From: Clostridia bacterium
GTDB lineage: Bacteria; Bacillota; Clostridia; RGIG6154
Assembly (NCBI GenBank): GCA_045660065.1
Contig: JAZRDC010000104.1
Coordinates: 1-52,199, forward strand
Direction: 5' to 3'
DNA length: 52,199 nt
Made by a program: the position numbers and the translations under genes. Below are positions 36,367 to 45,730 of the stretch, in pieces (the stretch's first letter is position 1; each line of letters opens with the position of its first letter). Below the pieces are notes generated by a model. The model ran no database searches, was not told the origin of the DNA, and worked only from the letters and a program-made list of their open reading frames with translations.

Positions 36367-37500
36367 ATGAAAAAGTTAAAAATCGGTGTAGTAGGTCTTG
36401 GACACAGAGGAAGAGCGCTTGCTAAAATAATTGCATCCATAGATAATGCACAGCTTGCTGCAGTATGTGATATAAGGCCACATAATTGGTATGAAAAGCA
36501 ATGGCTCAGCGATATGGCACTTTCTGAAATGTTCCCTGATACTGCATTTTATGAAGATTATGACAAAATGTTGGAAGATGCAGACCTTGATGCAGTAATT
36601 GTTGAAACAGGCGCTGATATTCACGCAGAATTTTGCATAAAAGCGTTAGAGAAAAACATAAATGTTTTGTCTGATATTCCAAATGTAGCCAATCTTAAAG
36701 AAGCTGAAGATTTGTGGAAAGCGTCTTTGAAATCAAAGGCTAAAATATTTACAGGAGCAAACCCTAATTACCAGAAATTTGTTGTTTTGTTGAAAGATTT
36801 TTATAATAAAGGGCTTTTGGGAAATCCATATTGTATGGAAGCGGAATATATTCATTGGTATATGCCTACAAATAAAGAAGCCATAAAAGGACTTAACGAA
36901 AATGGTGATTGGAGAAAACTTTTGATTCCAATTCGTTATTGCACACATTCATTAGGACCACTTCTTACAATTTTGAAAGAAGATCTTAGAAAAGTTTCTT
37001 GTTTTGGAACAGGTCCACACGCAAACCCGGAAGAGTATGCATCTAAAAAAGATGATATGATGTGCGCACAGTTCCAGACAGAATCAGGCGTAGTAGTTCG
37101 TCTTATGAGAAATGGAAGATGCAGAGCGCAGATAGGACATCACAATTACAGAGTTTTCGGCACAGAAGGATATATGGAAAGAATTGAAAGATTCTGGAAG
37201 CCTGTAATAAGATATAACTCAGTGAAGGAACTTGATACCGATCTTAAAGAAATTGATGGTTCATTTATGCCGCCTGCTTATGAGAACAATCCGAAAGCAG
37301 TAGGACATGGCGGATTGGACTACGCAATGCTTGATCAGTTTTGCAAAGAAATTTCTGTTGGTGGCGGTGATGTTGTAACATTAAAAGAAGGTCTTGCAAT
37401 GACAATCCCTGGAATTTATGCAGAAGAATCTGCAAAACGAGGAGGAGAGGTGCTTACAATGCGCTATCCTTGGGATGAAGATTGGACAACTGAAATTTAA
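36367..37500 (+). CDS. Gfo/Idh/MocA NAD-dependent oxidoreductase, GH109-like
   Basis: KIGVVGLGHRG Rossmann motif, EAEYIH, YCTHSLGP, GHGGLD. Confidence 0.85.
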   Translation: MKKLKIGVVGLGHRGRALAKIIASIDNAQLAAVCDIRPHNWYEKQWLSDMALSEMFPDTAFYEDYDKMLEDADLDAVIVETGADIHAEFCIKALEKNINVLSDIPNVANLKEAEDLWKASLKSKAKIFTGANPNYQKFVVLLKDFYNKGLLGNPYCMEAEYIHWYMPTNKEAIKGLNENGDWRKLLIPIRYCTHSLGPLLTILKEDLRKVSCFGTGPHANPEEYASKKDDMMCAQFQTESGVVVRLMRNGRCRAQIGHHNYRVFGTEGYMERIERFWKPVIRYNSVKELDTDLKEIDGSFMPPAYENNPKAVGHGGLDYAMLDQFCKEISVGGGDVVTLKEGLAMTIPGIYAEESAKRGGEVLTMRYPWDEDWTTEI

Positions 37501-37539
37501 ATAAAAAAGGAATGTGAATTTTTCACATTCCTTTTTTTA
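37501..37539. terminator. Bidirectional terminator
   Basis: AAAAAAGGAATGTGAA-ttt-TTCACATTCCTTTTTT. Confidence 0.85.
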
Positions 37540-39060
37540 TTATTTAATTAAGCTTTCGCCTGTCATTTCTGCAGGTTTTTCGATGCCCATAAGTTCGAGC
37601 ATTGTAGGAGCAAGATCGCAAAGGCGACCTTCTTTAAGTTCTTTGTCATCGCCAACTAAAATAAGTGGAACGAGGTTTGTTGTGTGAGCAGTAAATGTGC
37701 TTCCGTCAGTGTCAAGCATTTTGTCTGCATTACCGTGGTCCGCTGTGATTAACACTCTGCCGCCTTTTTCAAGCATCTTGTCAACTACTTTGCCAACGCA
37801 GGTATCAACTGCTTCAACAGCTGTTTTTGCTGCATCAAATACGCCTGTGTGACCAACCATATCGCAGTTTGCGAAGTTTAAGATGATAACATCATATTTT
37901 TCAGAATCGATTCTTTCGATTACTTCGTCGCAAACTTCAAATGCGCTCATTTCAGGTTTCAAGTCATATGTTGCAACTTTTGGTGATGCAATTAACGCTC
38001 TGTCTTCGCCATCTGATACTGCTTCAACACCGCCGTTGAAGAAGAATGTAACGTGAGCATATTTTTCAGTTTCAGCAATTCTAAGTTGCTTTAAGCCCTT
38101 TTTGCTTAATACTTCGCCCAATGTGTTTTCCAATGTCTGTGGTTTGAATGCAACCATAACATTTGGCATTGTAGCATCGTACTGAGTCATACAAACAAAT
38201 AAAGGTTTAATAAATTCTCTTTCAAAACCTGTAAAGTCCTGATCAACAAATGTTCTTGTGATTTCTCTTGCTCTGTCAGGTCTGAAGTTGAACATAACAA
38301 CGCTATCGTCTGCTTTGATAGTAGCAGTAGCTTCGCCAGCAGTTGTTATAACTGTAGGAACAACGAATTCGTCTGTAATATCGTTTTCGTATGATTTTTT
38401 AACTGCTTCGTATGCATTATCTGACATATTGCCAACGCCTTTTGTCATAGCATCATAAGCTTTAACAACACGTTCCCAACGATTATCTCTGTCCATAGCG
38501 TAGTATCTGCCCATAACTGTAGCAATTTTACCTACGCCGATTTTTGTAAGCTCATCTTCTAAATCTTTAACAAAGTCAGCACCTGATGATGGTGGAACAT
38601 CACGACCGTCTAAGAAACAGTGAACATAAACTTTTTCAAGGCCCATATTTTTAGCCATTTCAACTAAAGCATAAAGGTGCTTGTTGTGAGAATGAACACC
38701 GCCGTCTGATAAAAGACCCATCAAATGAAGTGCAGAGCCATTATCAAGACAGTTTTTGATTGCACTTGTAAGTGCTTCGTTTTCAAAGAAATCGCCGTCT
38801 GCGATAGATTTTGTAATTCTTGTAAGTTCCTGATAAACAATTCTTCCTGCACCGATGTTTGTGTGGCCAACTTCAGAGTTACCCATCTGACCTTCAGGAA
38901 GACCAACATCCATACCACTTGCTGAAAGGGTAGTGTTTGGGCAAGTGCTTAAAAGTTTATCCATATTAGGTGTTTTTGCTTCATAAATAGCGTTAACGCC
39001 TTTTGCGGTATCAGGATTTACACCGTAACCGTCTAAAATCATAAGCATTAATGGTTTCAT
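37540..39060 (-). CDS. gpmI: 2,3-bisphosphoglycerate-independent phosphoglycerate mutase
   Basis: ILDGYG, MGNSEVGH, SDGGVHSH, GRYYAMDRD, AETEKYAHVTFF, DMVGH, TADHGN. Confidence 0.98.
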   Translation of the reverse strand: MKPLMLMILDGYGVNPDTAKGVNAIYEAKTPNMDKLLSTCPNTTLSASGMDVGLPEGQMGNSEVGHTNIGAGRIVYQELTRITKSIADGDFFENEALTSAIKNCLDNGSALHLMGLLSDGGVHSHNKHLYALVEMAKNMGLEKVYVHCFLDGRDVPPSSGADFVKDLEDELTKIGVGKIATVMGRYYAMDRDNRWERVVKAYDAMTKGVGNMSDNAYEAVKKSYENDITDEFVVPTVITTAGEATATIKADDSVVMFNFRPDRAREITRTFVDQDFTGFEREFIKPLFVCMTQYDATMPNVMVAFKPQTLENTLGEVLSKKGLKQLRIAETEKYAHVTFFFNGGVEAVSDGEDRALIASPKVATYDLKPEMSAFEVCDEVIERIDSEKYDVIILNFANCDMVGHTGVFDAAKTAVEAVDTCVGKVVDKMLEKGGRVLITADHGNADKMLDTDGSTFTAHTTNLVPLILVGDDKELKEGRLCDLAPTMLELMGIEKPAEMTGESLIK

Positions 39061-39129
39061 AATAGTTCTCCTTCTATACAAAATTGTAGGGCGATTTATT
39101 AAAAATCGCCCGATAAATTTAGGTTTTGA

Positions 39130-39876
39130 TTAAAAGTGTACGATTGTTGAAAAATCGGGAGCTTTTAAACTTGCACCGCCAACAAGACCGCCGTCGATGT
39201 CGCTCATAGCCATAAGACCTGATGCGTTTGCAGCGTTAACGCTACCACCGTACTGGATTGTGATTTCGTCAGCTGTAGCCTGACCATAAAGACCTGCTAA
39301 AGTATCACGGATTGCTTTGCAAACTTCGTTAGCCTGTTCATCAGTTGCAGTTTTGCCTGTACCGATAGCCCAGATTGGTTCGTAAGCAATAACGATTTTC
39401 TTAGCATCTTCTGCAGAAATATCAGTAAATCCGATTTTAATCTGCATAGCAATGTGTTCAAATGTGATACCAAGTTCTCTCTGCTCTAAACTTTCACCGC
39501 AGCAGAGGATTGGTGTAATACCGTGTTCCAAAGCCTTTTTAACTTTTTTGTTAACAGTAAAATCAGTTTCAGCGAAGTATTCTCTTCTTTCTGAGTGGCC
39601 GATTACAACATATTCAACGCCAAGTTCTTTGAGCATTGAAGGAGCGATTTCACCAGTGTAAGCACCGCTTTCTTCAAAGTACATATTCTGAGCGCCAACT
39701 TTAATGTTTGTACCTTTTGTTTCTTCCAATACTGCACAAAGTGAAGTAAAAGGAGGAATAACAACAACATCGCATTTAGCGTCAGCAACCAATGGTTTTA
39801 ACTCCTGAATTAAAGCTTTTGCTTCAGAAGGAGTTTTGTTCATTTTCCAGTTTCCTGCAATAACATATTTTCTCAT
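39130..39876 (-). CDS. tpiA: Triosephosphate isomerase
   Basis: [35 protein letters not shown]. Confidence 0.98.
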   Translation of the reverse strand: MRKYVIAGNWKMNKTPSEAKALIQELKPLVADAKCDVVVIPPFTSLCAVLEETKGTNIKVGAQNMYFEESGAYTGEIAPSMLKELGVEYVVIGHSERREYFAETDFTVNKKVKKALEHGITPILCCGESLEQRELGITFEHIAMQIKIGFTDISAEDAKKIVIAYEPIWAIGTGKTATDEQANEVCKAIRDTLAGLYGQATADEITIQYGGSVNAANASGLMAMSDIDGGLVGGASLKAPDFSTIVHF

Positions 39877-39955
39877 TTGAAAATCTCCTTTATGTAAAAT
39901 GTGTGCAAAATCAGCCAAAACAGAGTTTCAACTGATTTTGCAGATTAATAATTTA

Positions 39956-41152
39956 TTATTTATCGTTTAATGCAACAATACCCGGGAGGTCTTTACCTTC
40001 CAAGAATTCAAGTGAAGCACCGCCGCCTGTTGAAATGTGGCTCATCTTATCGCCAAGACCTGCCTGGTTAACAGCAGCAACACTGTCACCACCGCCGATG
40101 ATTGTTGTAGCATCGATTTCTGCTAAAACTTCAGCGATTGCGTTTGTACCTTTAGCAAATGTAGACATTTCAAATACGCCCATAGGTCCGTTCCAAACAA
40201 CAGTTTTAGCATCTTTAACAGCATCTTTGTAAAGAGCGATTGTTTTTTCGCCGATGTCAAGACCTTCCCAGCCTGCTTCGATACCGCCTCTTTCAACTGT
40301 TTTGTGTGCTGCATCGTTAGAAAATTCCTGAGCAACAACTGTATCAACAGGGAGCAAGAGTTTAACGCCTTTTTCTTTTGCTTTAGCAACCATTTCGTTA
40401 GCGTAGTCGAGATAATCTTCTTCTAAGAGTGAGTTACCAACTTCTTCACCCTGGGCTTTCATAAATGTGTAAGCCATACCGCCACCGATGATTAATGTAT
40501 CAACTTTTTCCAAAAGGTTGTTGATAACTGAAATTTTACTTGAAACTTTTGAACCACCGAGGATAGCAACCAAAGGTCTTACAGGGTTGTTTACAGCGTT
40601 TCCTAAGAATTCGATTTCTTTTTCAATCAAGAAACCGCAAACAGCTTCGCCATCGATATAGTCTGTAACACCAACAGTTGAGCAGTGTGCTCTGTGAGCT
40701 GTACCAAAAGCGTCATTTACAAAAATGTCAGCAAGTGAAGCGAGGTCTTTGCTGAATGCTTCAATGTTCTTTGTTTCTTCTGCACGGTAACGTGTGTTTT
40801 CGAGTAAAACAACATCGCCGTCGTTCATTTCTGCAACTGCTTTTTTAGCGTTTTCGCCAACAACTTCAGCGTCTGCAGCAAATACAACTTCTTTGCCAAG
40901 TTTTTCTGAAAGTTTCTTTGCAACAGGAGCAAGTGAAAGTTTTGGAACTGCTTCACCCTTAGGTTTACCAAGGTGTGGGCAAAGGATAACTTTTGCACCT
41001 GCATCTACAAGATACTGAATTGTAGGAAGCGCACCGTTGATTCTTGTTTCGTCTGTAATGTTCTGGTTTTCATCTAATGGAACGTTGAAGTCGCAACGAA
41101 CCAATACTCTTTTGCCTTTAGCCTGGATGTCTCTTACTGTTTTTTTGTTCAT
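39956..41152 (-). CDS. pgk: Phosphoglycerate kinase
   Basis: [45 protein letters not shown]. Confidence 0.98.
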   Translation of the reverse strand: MNKKTVRDIQAKGKRVLVRCDFNVPLDENQNITDETRINGALPTIQYLVDAGAKVILCPHLGKPKGEAVPKLSLAPVAKKLSEKLGKEVVFAADAEVVGENAKKAVAEMNDGDVVLLENTRYRAEETKNIEAFSKDLASLADIFVNDAFGTAHRAHCSTVGVTDYIDGEAVCGFLIEKEIEFLGNAVNNPVRPLVAILGGSKVSSKISVINNLLEKVDTLIIGGGMAYTFMKAQGEEVGNSLLEEDYLDYANEMVAKAKEKGVKLLLPVDTVVAQEFSNDAAHKTVERGGIEAGWEGLDIGEKTIALYKDAVKDAKTVVWNGPMGVFEMSTFAKGTNAIAEVLAEIDATTIIGGGDSVAAVNQAGLGDKMSHISTGGGASLEFLEGKDLPGIVALNDK

Positions 41153-41194
41153 AACTATTATCTCCATTTCCGCTCTGATCAGAGCAAATAAATT

Positions 41195-42052
41195 TTAATC
41201 ATCTATTGCAATAACACCTATAACTCCCGGACCTGCGTGAGCGCCGATAATTACGCCTACTGAAGCGTTTAAAGCTGTATCCAAAGAGAAATTTTCTTTA
41301 ATTAATGCTGAAAGACTATCTGCCTTTTCGGGAACATCAGTATTTAATATGATGACCTTAGGATTTTTCATTTCAGCAAGTTTAGGAGCTAAAAGATCCA
41401 TAAATTTAGGGAATACTTTCTTTTCGCCCTTAACTTTTTCTATTGCGTGAACAAGACCGTCTGTTACAGTTAAAATCGGTCTGATGTCAAGCATACCGCC
41501 GATGATTGCAGTAGCAGTTTTAATTCTTCCGCCTTTTCTTAAAAAGTCTAAAGTTTCAACTGCAAAAAGTGTGTATGCGCTTTTAATCATAGCTTCACAC
41601 TTTGAAATGATTTCAGAAGATGAAAGACCTTCTTTTACCATTTGTGCTGCACGGATAGCCGGATAACCGTATCCCATTGAAAGAAGTTGTGTATCCACAA
41701 GGTGAATTTTTAAATCGCATTTTTCTTCAACTTCCGCCTTTGCATTAAAAGCATTCTGGAATGTTCCGCTTGTGTTTGATCCGATAAGGAACACGATGAT
41801 TTCATCATAGTTTTCAGCGTGTGCAGAAAATACTTCGCTGAATTTACCCGGAGTAATCTGAGTAGTTTTCGGAATGTCGCCTGTTTCTCTTAAGCGTTTG
41901 TAAAATTCTTCTGTTCCGATATCATATTTGTCTTCCAACACATTTTCGCCATCGAAGGTAAGACAGATAGGAATAAATCCTATATCAAATTCCTTTGCCT
42001 GCTCTAATGTAATGTCAGAAGCACTGTCTGTTAATATTCTGATTCTGCTCAT
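41195..42052 (-). CDS. DegV-family fatty-acid-binding protein
   Basis: TDSASD, PKTTQ, SGTFQ, L-x-KGGRI, HAGPG. Confidence 0.92.
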   Translation of the reverse strand: MSRIRILTDSASDITLEQAKEFDIGFIPICLTFDGENVLEDKYDIGTEEFYKRLRETGDIPKTTQITPGKFSEVFSAHAENYDEIIVFLIGSNTSGTFQNAFNAKAEVEEKCDLKIHLVDTQLLSMGYGYPAIRAAQMVKEGLSSSEIISKCEAMIKSAYTLFAVETLDFLRKGGRIKTATAIIGGMLDIRPILTVTDGLVHAIEKVKGEKKVFPKFMDLLAPKLAEMKNPKVIILNTDVPEKADSLSALIKENFSLDTALNASVGVIIGAHAGPGVIGVIAIDD

Positions 42053-42114
42053 AGATGCACCTCTTTTCATCAAAAATATATTATACAATAAAATTGGTAA
42101 AATTTCAAGAGTTA

Positions 42115-42948
42115 TCAGTTAATATTTTCGTGCCCGCCGGGACTTTGGGAAATAAAGTCCTGCATTTGCTTATAAATGTTAAGTTGACTGATAAGTCCGA
42201 AAGCCGAAACACCTAATAATACAAATGCTATTATACCTGCAAGGAAGTTAATATACATAAGCGCAACGCTTATAAATGCAAACAAAAAAGTTGCAAGGAA
42301 ATGTTTTAAAGTTGTTTTGAAATCACTTAAAACAAAGATAAGAGCATTTTTGTAAATCTGTCTTTTGTTAAGATTAAATGTAACAAGCATTGTCCATTTG
42401 TACGGAGTCATAAGTGAAAATACAATAAGTACAATGACAAGAATTGTAAATGGTGCTACAAACAACGGACTTGTTGTTGAAAGTATAAAATAAAATCTTA
42501 AACTTAAAAGTGCAATACAAACCGCCAGAAGGTCAATTATAAACATAATAAGAGAATTCTTTTTGTTTTCGCGGAATTTTTCAATAAAATCAGAGAAAAC
42601 AAAGGCGTGTTTTTCAAATGAAAAGTTTCTTAATACATAGTGAAAACCTGCTGAAAACGGACTTAATCCGAAAGCACAGGAAATAGCAATTGCCAAAAGT
42701 GCAGAAAGGATTGCGCCTGCCATTATGGTATCTTCGCCAAAAGCAGAAAAGTCATTTAAAATTGTCATAAGCAAGTGCCATATAATAGCAATTGACGGAA
42801 TAAGACTTGTGAAATAAAATAAATTCAGTTGTAAGTATGAACCCATTTTTCTGAAATAAAGTACAAAAAATAATGAAAAACCTTTTAGTCGGGGAGCATT
42901 TTTATTTACACCAGGACCCGGTTTAGTATAGTTGTGGAATAATCCCAA
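42115..42948 (-). CDS. Membrane protein, DUF624/YesL-like
   Basis: N-terminal KPGPGV-x-K and several TM segments. Confidence 0.65.
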   Translation of the reverse strand: MGLFHNYTKPGPGVNKNAPRLKGFSLFFVLYFRKMGSYLQLNLFYFTSLIPSIAIIWHLLMTILNDFSAFGEDTIMAGAILSALLAIAISCAFGLSPFSAGFHYVLRNFSFEKHAFVFSDFIEKFRENKKNSLIMFIIDLLAVCIALLSLRFYFILSTTSPLFVAPFTILVIVLIVFSLMTPYKWTMLVTFNLNKRQIYKNALIFVLSDFKTTLKHFLATFLFAFISVALMYINFLAGIIAFVLLGVSAFGLISQLNIYKQMQDFISQSPGGHENIN

Positions 42949-43114
42949 AATAAATCACCTTTCTTAAATGTAGTATTTCCATTATACACTAAAATAAAAT
43001 AAATTTCAATAAATTTCACAATAATTACAAATTATTACAAAACTATTGAAAAAAACAAGTTTTTTTGTTATACTGTCATATTAGAAAGTTATGTACAAAC
43101 GATGGAGGAAATTT

Positions 43115-44464
43115 ATGGCAAAATTTGAAAATGATTTATCCAAAGGCAATGTTGTAAAACAACTTATTATCTTTGCATTGCCATTTTTGATTTCAAATCT
43201 TATTCAGACACTTTACAGCGTTGTTGATATGATTGTAGTAGGCCAGTTTGCGGGAACTGCAAGTATGTCGGGCGTTAATATCGGCTCACAGGTTACACTC
43301 CTTATTACCAATATGGTTTTGGGACTTTGCGTGGGAGCAACAGTTTTGATTGGTCAGTACTTAGGAGCAGGAAACAGACAAGCCTTGAAAGAAACAATCG
43401 GAACACTGTTATCAACACTTATTGTTCTTGCAGTTGTAATCACAATAGGAATGATTATAGTGCAGGAGCCACTTTTAAAACTTATAAAAACTCCGGCAGA
43501 ATCATTTTCTGAAGCAAAAGCATACTTTTTCGTAACAGCATTGGGAACGGTGTTTATTTTCGGATACAACGCCCTGTCAGCCATAATGCGCGGAATGGGG
43601 GACAGTAAAAATCCGCTGATATTCGTAGCAATTGCCTGCGTAGTGAATATAGCGCTTGATATATGGTTTGTATGCGGATTTAAGTGGGGAGCATTTGGTG
43701 CAGCATTGGCAACAGTTATTTCCCAGGCAATAAGTATGATTCTTTGTATATTGTATCTTAAAAAGAATAATTTTATATTCGATTTTAAGTTGTCATCTTT
43801 TAAATTCCATAAAGAAAGATTGTTGATGCTTCTTAAAATCGGTGTTCCTACATCAGTGCAGAATGTTGCAACAAGCATATCATTTTTGTTCCTTACCACT
43901 TTGGTAAATTCTCTTGGTGTTATTGCATCTGCGGCGGTAGGGGCAGTCGGAAAATTAAACGGATTTGCAATACTTCCTGCGGTTGCTATGAGTGCAAGTA
44001 TTTCTGCTATGGCGGCACAGAATATCGGTGCAGGAAAAATAGACAGAGCAAAAAAGACAATGTTTACAGGTATGGTTATAGCAATGTCTATAAGTGTAGT
44101 TGTCTTCGCCTTGTTTAATTTATTCCCGGCAACATTTTTGAGAATTTTCGGAAACGACGAAGAAATGATATTGCAGGGAACAAAATATATCCGTTCATTT
44201 AGTTTTGATTATCTGACAGTACCTTTTGTATTTTGCTTTAACGGATTATTTATCGGTGCAGGGCATACAACATTTTCACTTGTCAATAATTGCGTATCTG
44301 CAATATTTGCAAGAATACCTGCAGCGTACATATTCGGAATGGTGTTTGAAATGGGGCTCTTCGGAGTGGGACTCGGTGCACCTGTTGCATCAACCTTGTC
44401 ACTTATTATGGGCTTGATTTTCTTTATAAGCGGCAAGTGGAAAAAAATGACTATCATTAAATAA
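43115..44464 (+). CDS. MATE-family efflux transporter
   Basis: FALP, QTLYSVVD, RGMGDSKNP, NIALD, GAALAT, AQNIGAG. Confidence 0.93.
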   Translation: MAKFENDLSKGNVVKQLIIFALPFLISNLIQTLYSVVDMIVVGQFAGTASMSGVNIGSQVTLLITNMVLGLCVGATVLIGQYLGAGNRQALKETIGTLLSTLIVLAVVITIGMIIVQEPLLKLIKTPAESFSEAKAYFFVTALGTVFIFGYNALSAIMRGMGDSKNPLIFVAIACVVNIALDIWFVCGFKWGAFGAALATVISQAISMILCILYLKKNNFIFDFKLSSFKFHKERLLMLLKIGVPTSVQNVATSISFLFLTTLVNSLGVIASAAVGAVGKLNGFAILPAVAMSASISAMAAQNIGAGKIDRAKKTMFTGMVIAMSISVVVFALFNLFPATFLRIFGNDEEMILQGTKYIRSFSFDYLTVPFVFCFNGLFIGAGHTTFSLVNNCVSAIFARIPAAYIFGMVFEMGLFGVGLGAPVASTLSLIMGLIFFISGKWKKMTIIK

Positions 44465-44480
44465 TGGAGGTATAATAAAA

Positions 44481-44885
44481 ATGAAAAAATTCATTAAAGA
44501 GTTCAAGGAGTTTGCTTTAAAAGGCAACGTAATTGACATGGCAGTCGGTGTTATTATCGGTTCTGCTTTCAGTAAAATTGTATCATCATTGGTAGCAGAT
44601 GTGTTTACGCCTTTAATCGGTATTGTTATCGGCGGCAAAAAGTTTGAAGGCCTTGCATGGACAATAGGTGAGGCATCCATCAACTATGGAATATTCATTC
44701 AGAATGTAGTTGATTTCTTTATTATGGCGCTTTGTGTGTTTATGTTTGTAAAGTTAATCAGCACAATCAGAACAAGATTTGAGAAAAAAGAAGAAGCGGC
44801 AGAAGAAGCAGAAGAACCTAAAAAATCAGACGAAGTTGTTCTTTTGGAACAGATTTTAGAAGAACTTAAAAAGAAAGGTGAATAA
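44481..44885 (+). CDS. mscL: Large-conductance mechanosensitive channel
   Basis: EFKEFALKGNVIDMAVGVIIG, INYG-x-FIQ. Confidence 0.96.
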   Translation: MKKFIKEFKEFALKGNVIDMAVGVIIGSAFSKIVSSLVADVFTPLIGIVIGGKKFEGLAWTIGEASINYGIFIQNVVDFFIMALCVFMFVKLISTIRTRFEKKEEAAEEAEEPKKSDEVVLLEQILEELKKKGE

Positions 44886-44888
44886 ATT

Positions 44889-45326
44889 ATGACAATTGAA
44901 GTATTACAAAAAGACATGATTGCGGCAATGAAAGCAAAGGATAAAACCACCAAAGACGCGGTTTCATCTTTGATTGCAGCAGTAAAGAAAGTGGCAATTG
45001 ACGAAGGAACAAGAGAAAATATTCCTGAAGAATTGGTAGACAGAGTTATTTTAAAAGAAGTTAAATCTGTAAAAGAACAGATTGATACTTGCCCTGATGA
45101 AAGACAGGATCTTAAAGATCAGTATAAAACAACTCTTTCAATTATTGAAAAATATGCTCCGAAAATGATGAGTGAAGAAGAAATCACCGCTTTCATTACA
45201 GAAAAATTTGCAGAATTGGTAGCATCAAAAAACAAAGGCTTGATTATGAAAGGCGTAATGGCTGAACTTAAAGGAAAGGCAGACGGTAAACTTATTAATC
45301 AGGTAGTAGCAAAATTGTGCAATTAA
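44889..45326 (+). CDS. GatB/YqeY domain protein
   Basis: DMIAAMKAKD, YAPKMMSEEEI, KGKADGK. Confidence 0.9.
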   Translation: MTIEVLQKDMIAAMKAKDKTTKDAVSSLIAAVKKVAIDEGTRENIPEELVDRVILKEVKSVKEQIDTCPDERQDLKDQYKTTLSIIEKYAPKMMSEEEITAFITEKFAELVASKNKGLIMKGVMAELKGKADGKLINQVVAKLCN

Positions 45327-45350
45327 AAAAGTCCCGCAAGGGACTTTTTT
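45325..45350. terminator. Bidirectional terminator
   Basis: AAAAAAGTCCC-gcaa-GGGACTTTTTT. Confidence 0.85.
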
Positions 45351-45628
45351 TATTGCCAATAAAGTTCGTCTAATTCAGAAAAAGCGTCGGCTTCATTATT
45401 TTTGCATCCGCAGGAAGAAAAACTGAAATTGTCCTGTGCAGTGGTGGTAGCCGTGCAACCGCAGCCAACATCTGTTATATCATTTACTTTAACTCTTCTG
45501 CTGCATTCAGAATATTTAGGTGCGTTGTACCACTGATGAGAGTAACAAAGGCAACAGTACTGCTTTGGTGTATCACAAGGACTTACAGGGCGGCATCTGC
45601 AACCTGAACGATTGTTTTTGCATGACAT
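45350..45628 (-). CDS. Small cysteine-rich protein, putative spore coat protein
   Basis: 92 aa with 12 Cys, AAGGAG RBS and a SigK-like promoter. Confidence 0.6.
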   Translation of the reverse strand: MSCKNNRSGCRCRPVSPCDTPKQYCCLCYSHQWYNAPKYSECSRRVKVNDITDVGCGCTATTTAQDNFSFSSCGCKNNEADAFSELDELYWQ

Positions 45629-45669
45629 ATTATAATCTCCTTAAATTAAATTACAAAGACTTGCAATAC

Positions 45670-45696
45670 ATCTTATGCAGAATTAAAGTATAAAGT
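45670..45696 (-). promoter_or_regulatory. SigK-like promoter
   Basis: Minus strand AC, 17 bp spacer, CATAAGAT. Confidence 0.55.
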
Positions 45697-45725
45697 TACA
45701 GCCTCCCGGAAAGGGAGGCTGTTGT
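45697..45725 (-). terminator. GC-rich hairpin downstream of the secreted-protein gene
   Basis: ACAGCCTCCC-ggaaa-GGGAGGCTGT. The U-tail is weak. Confidence 0.55.
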
Positions 45726-45730
45726 TGGTT

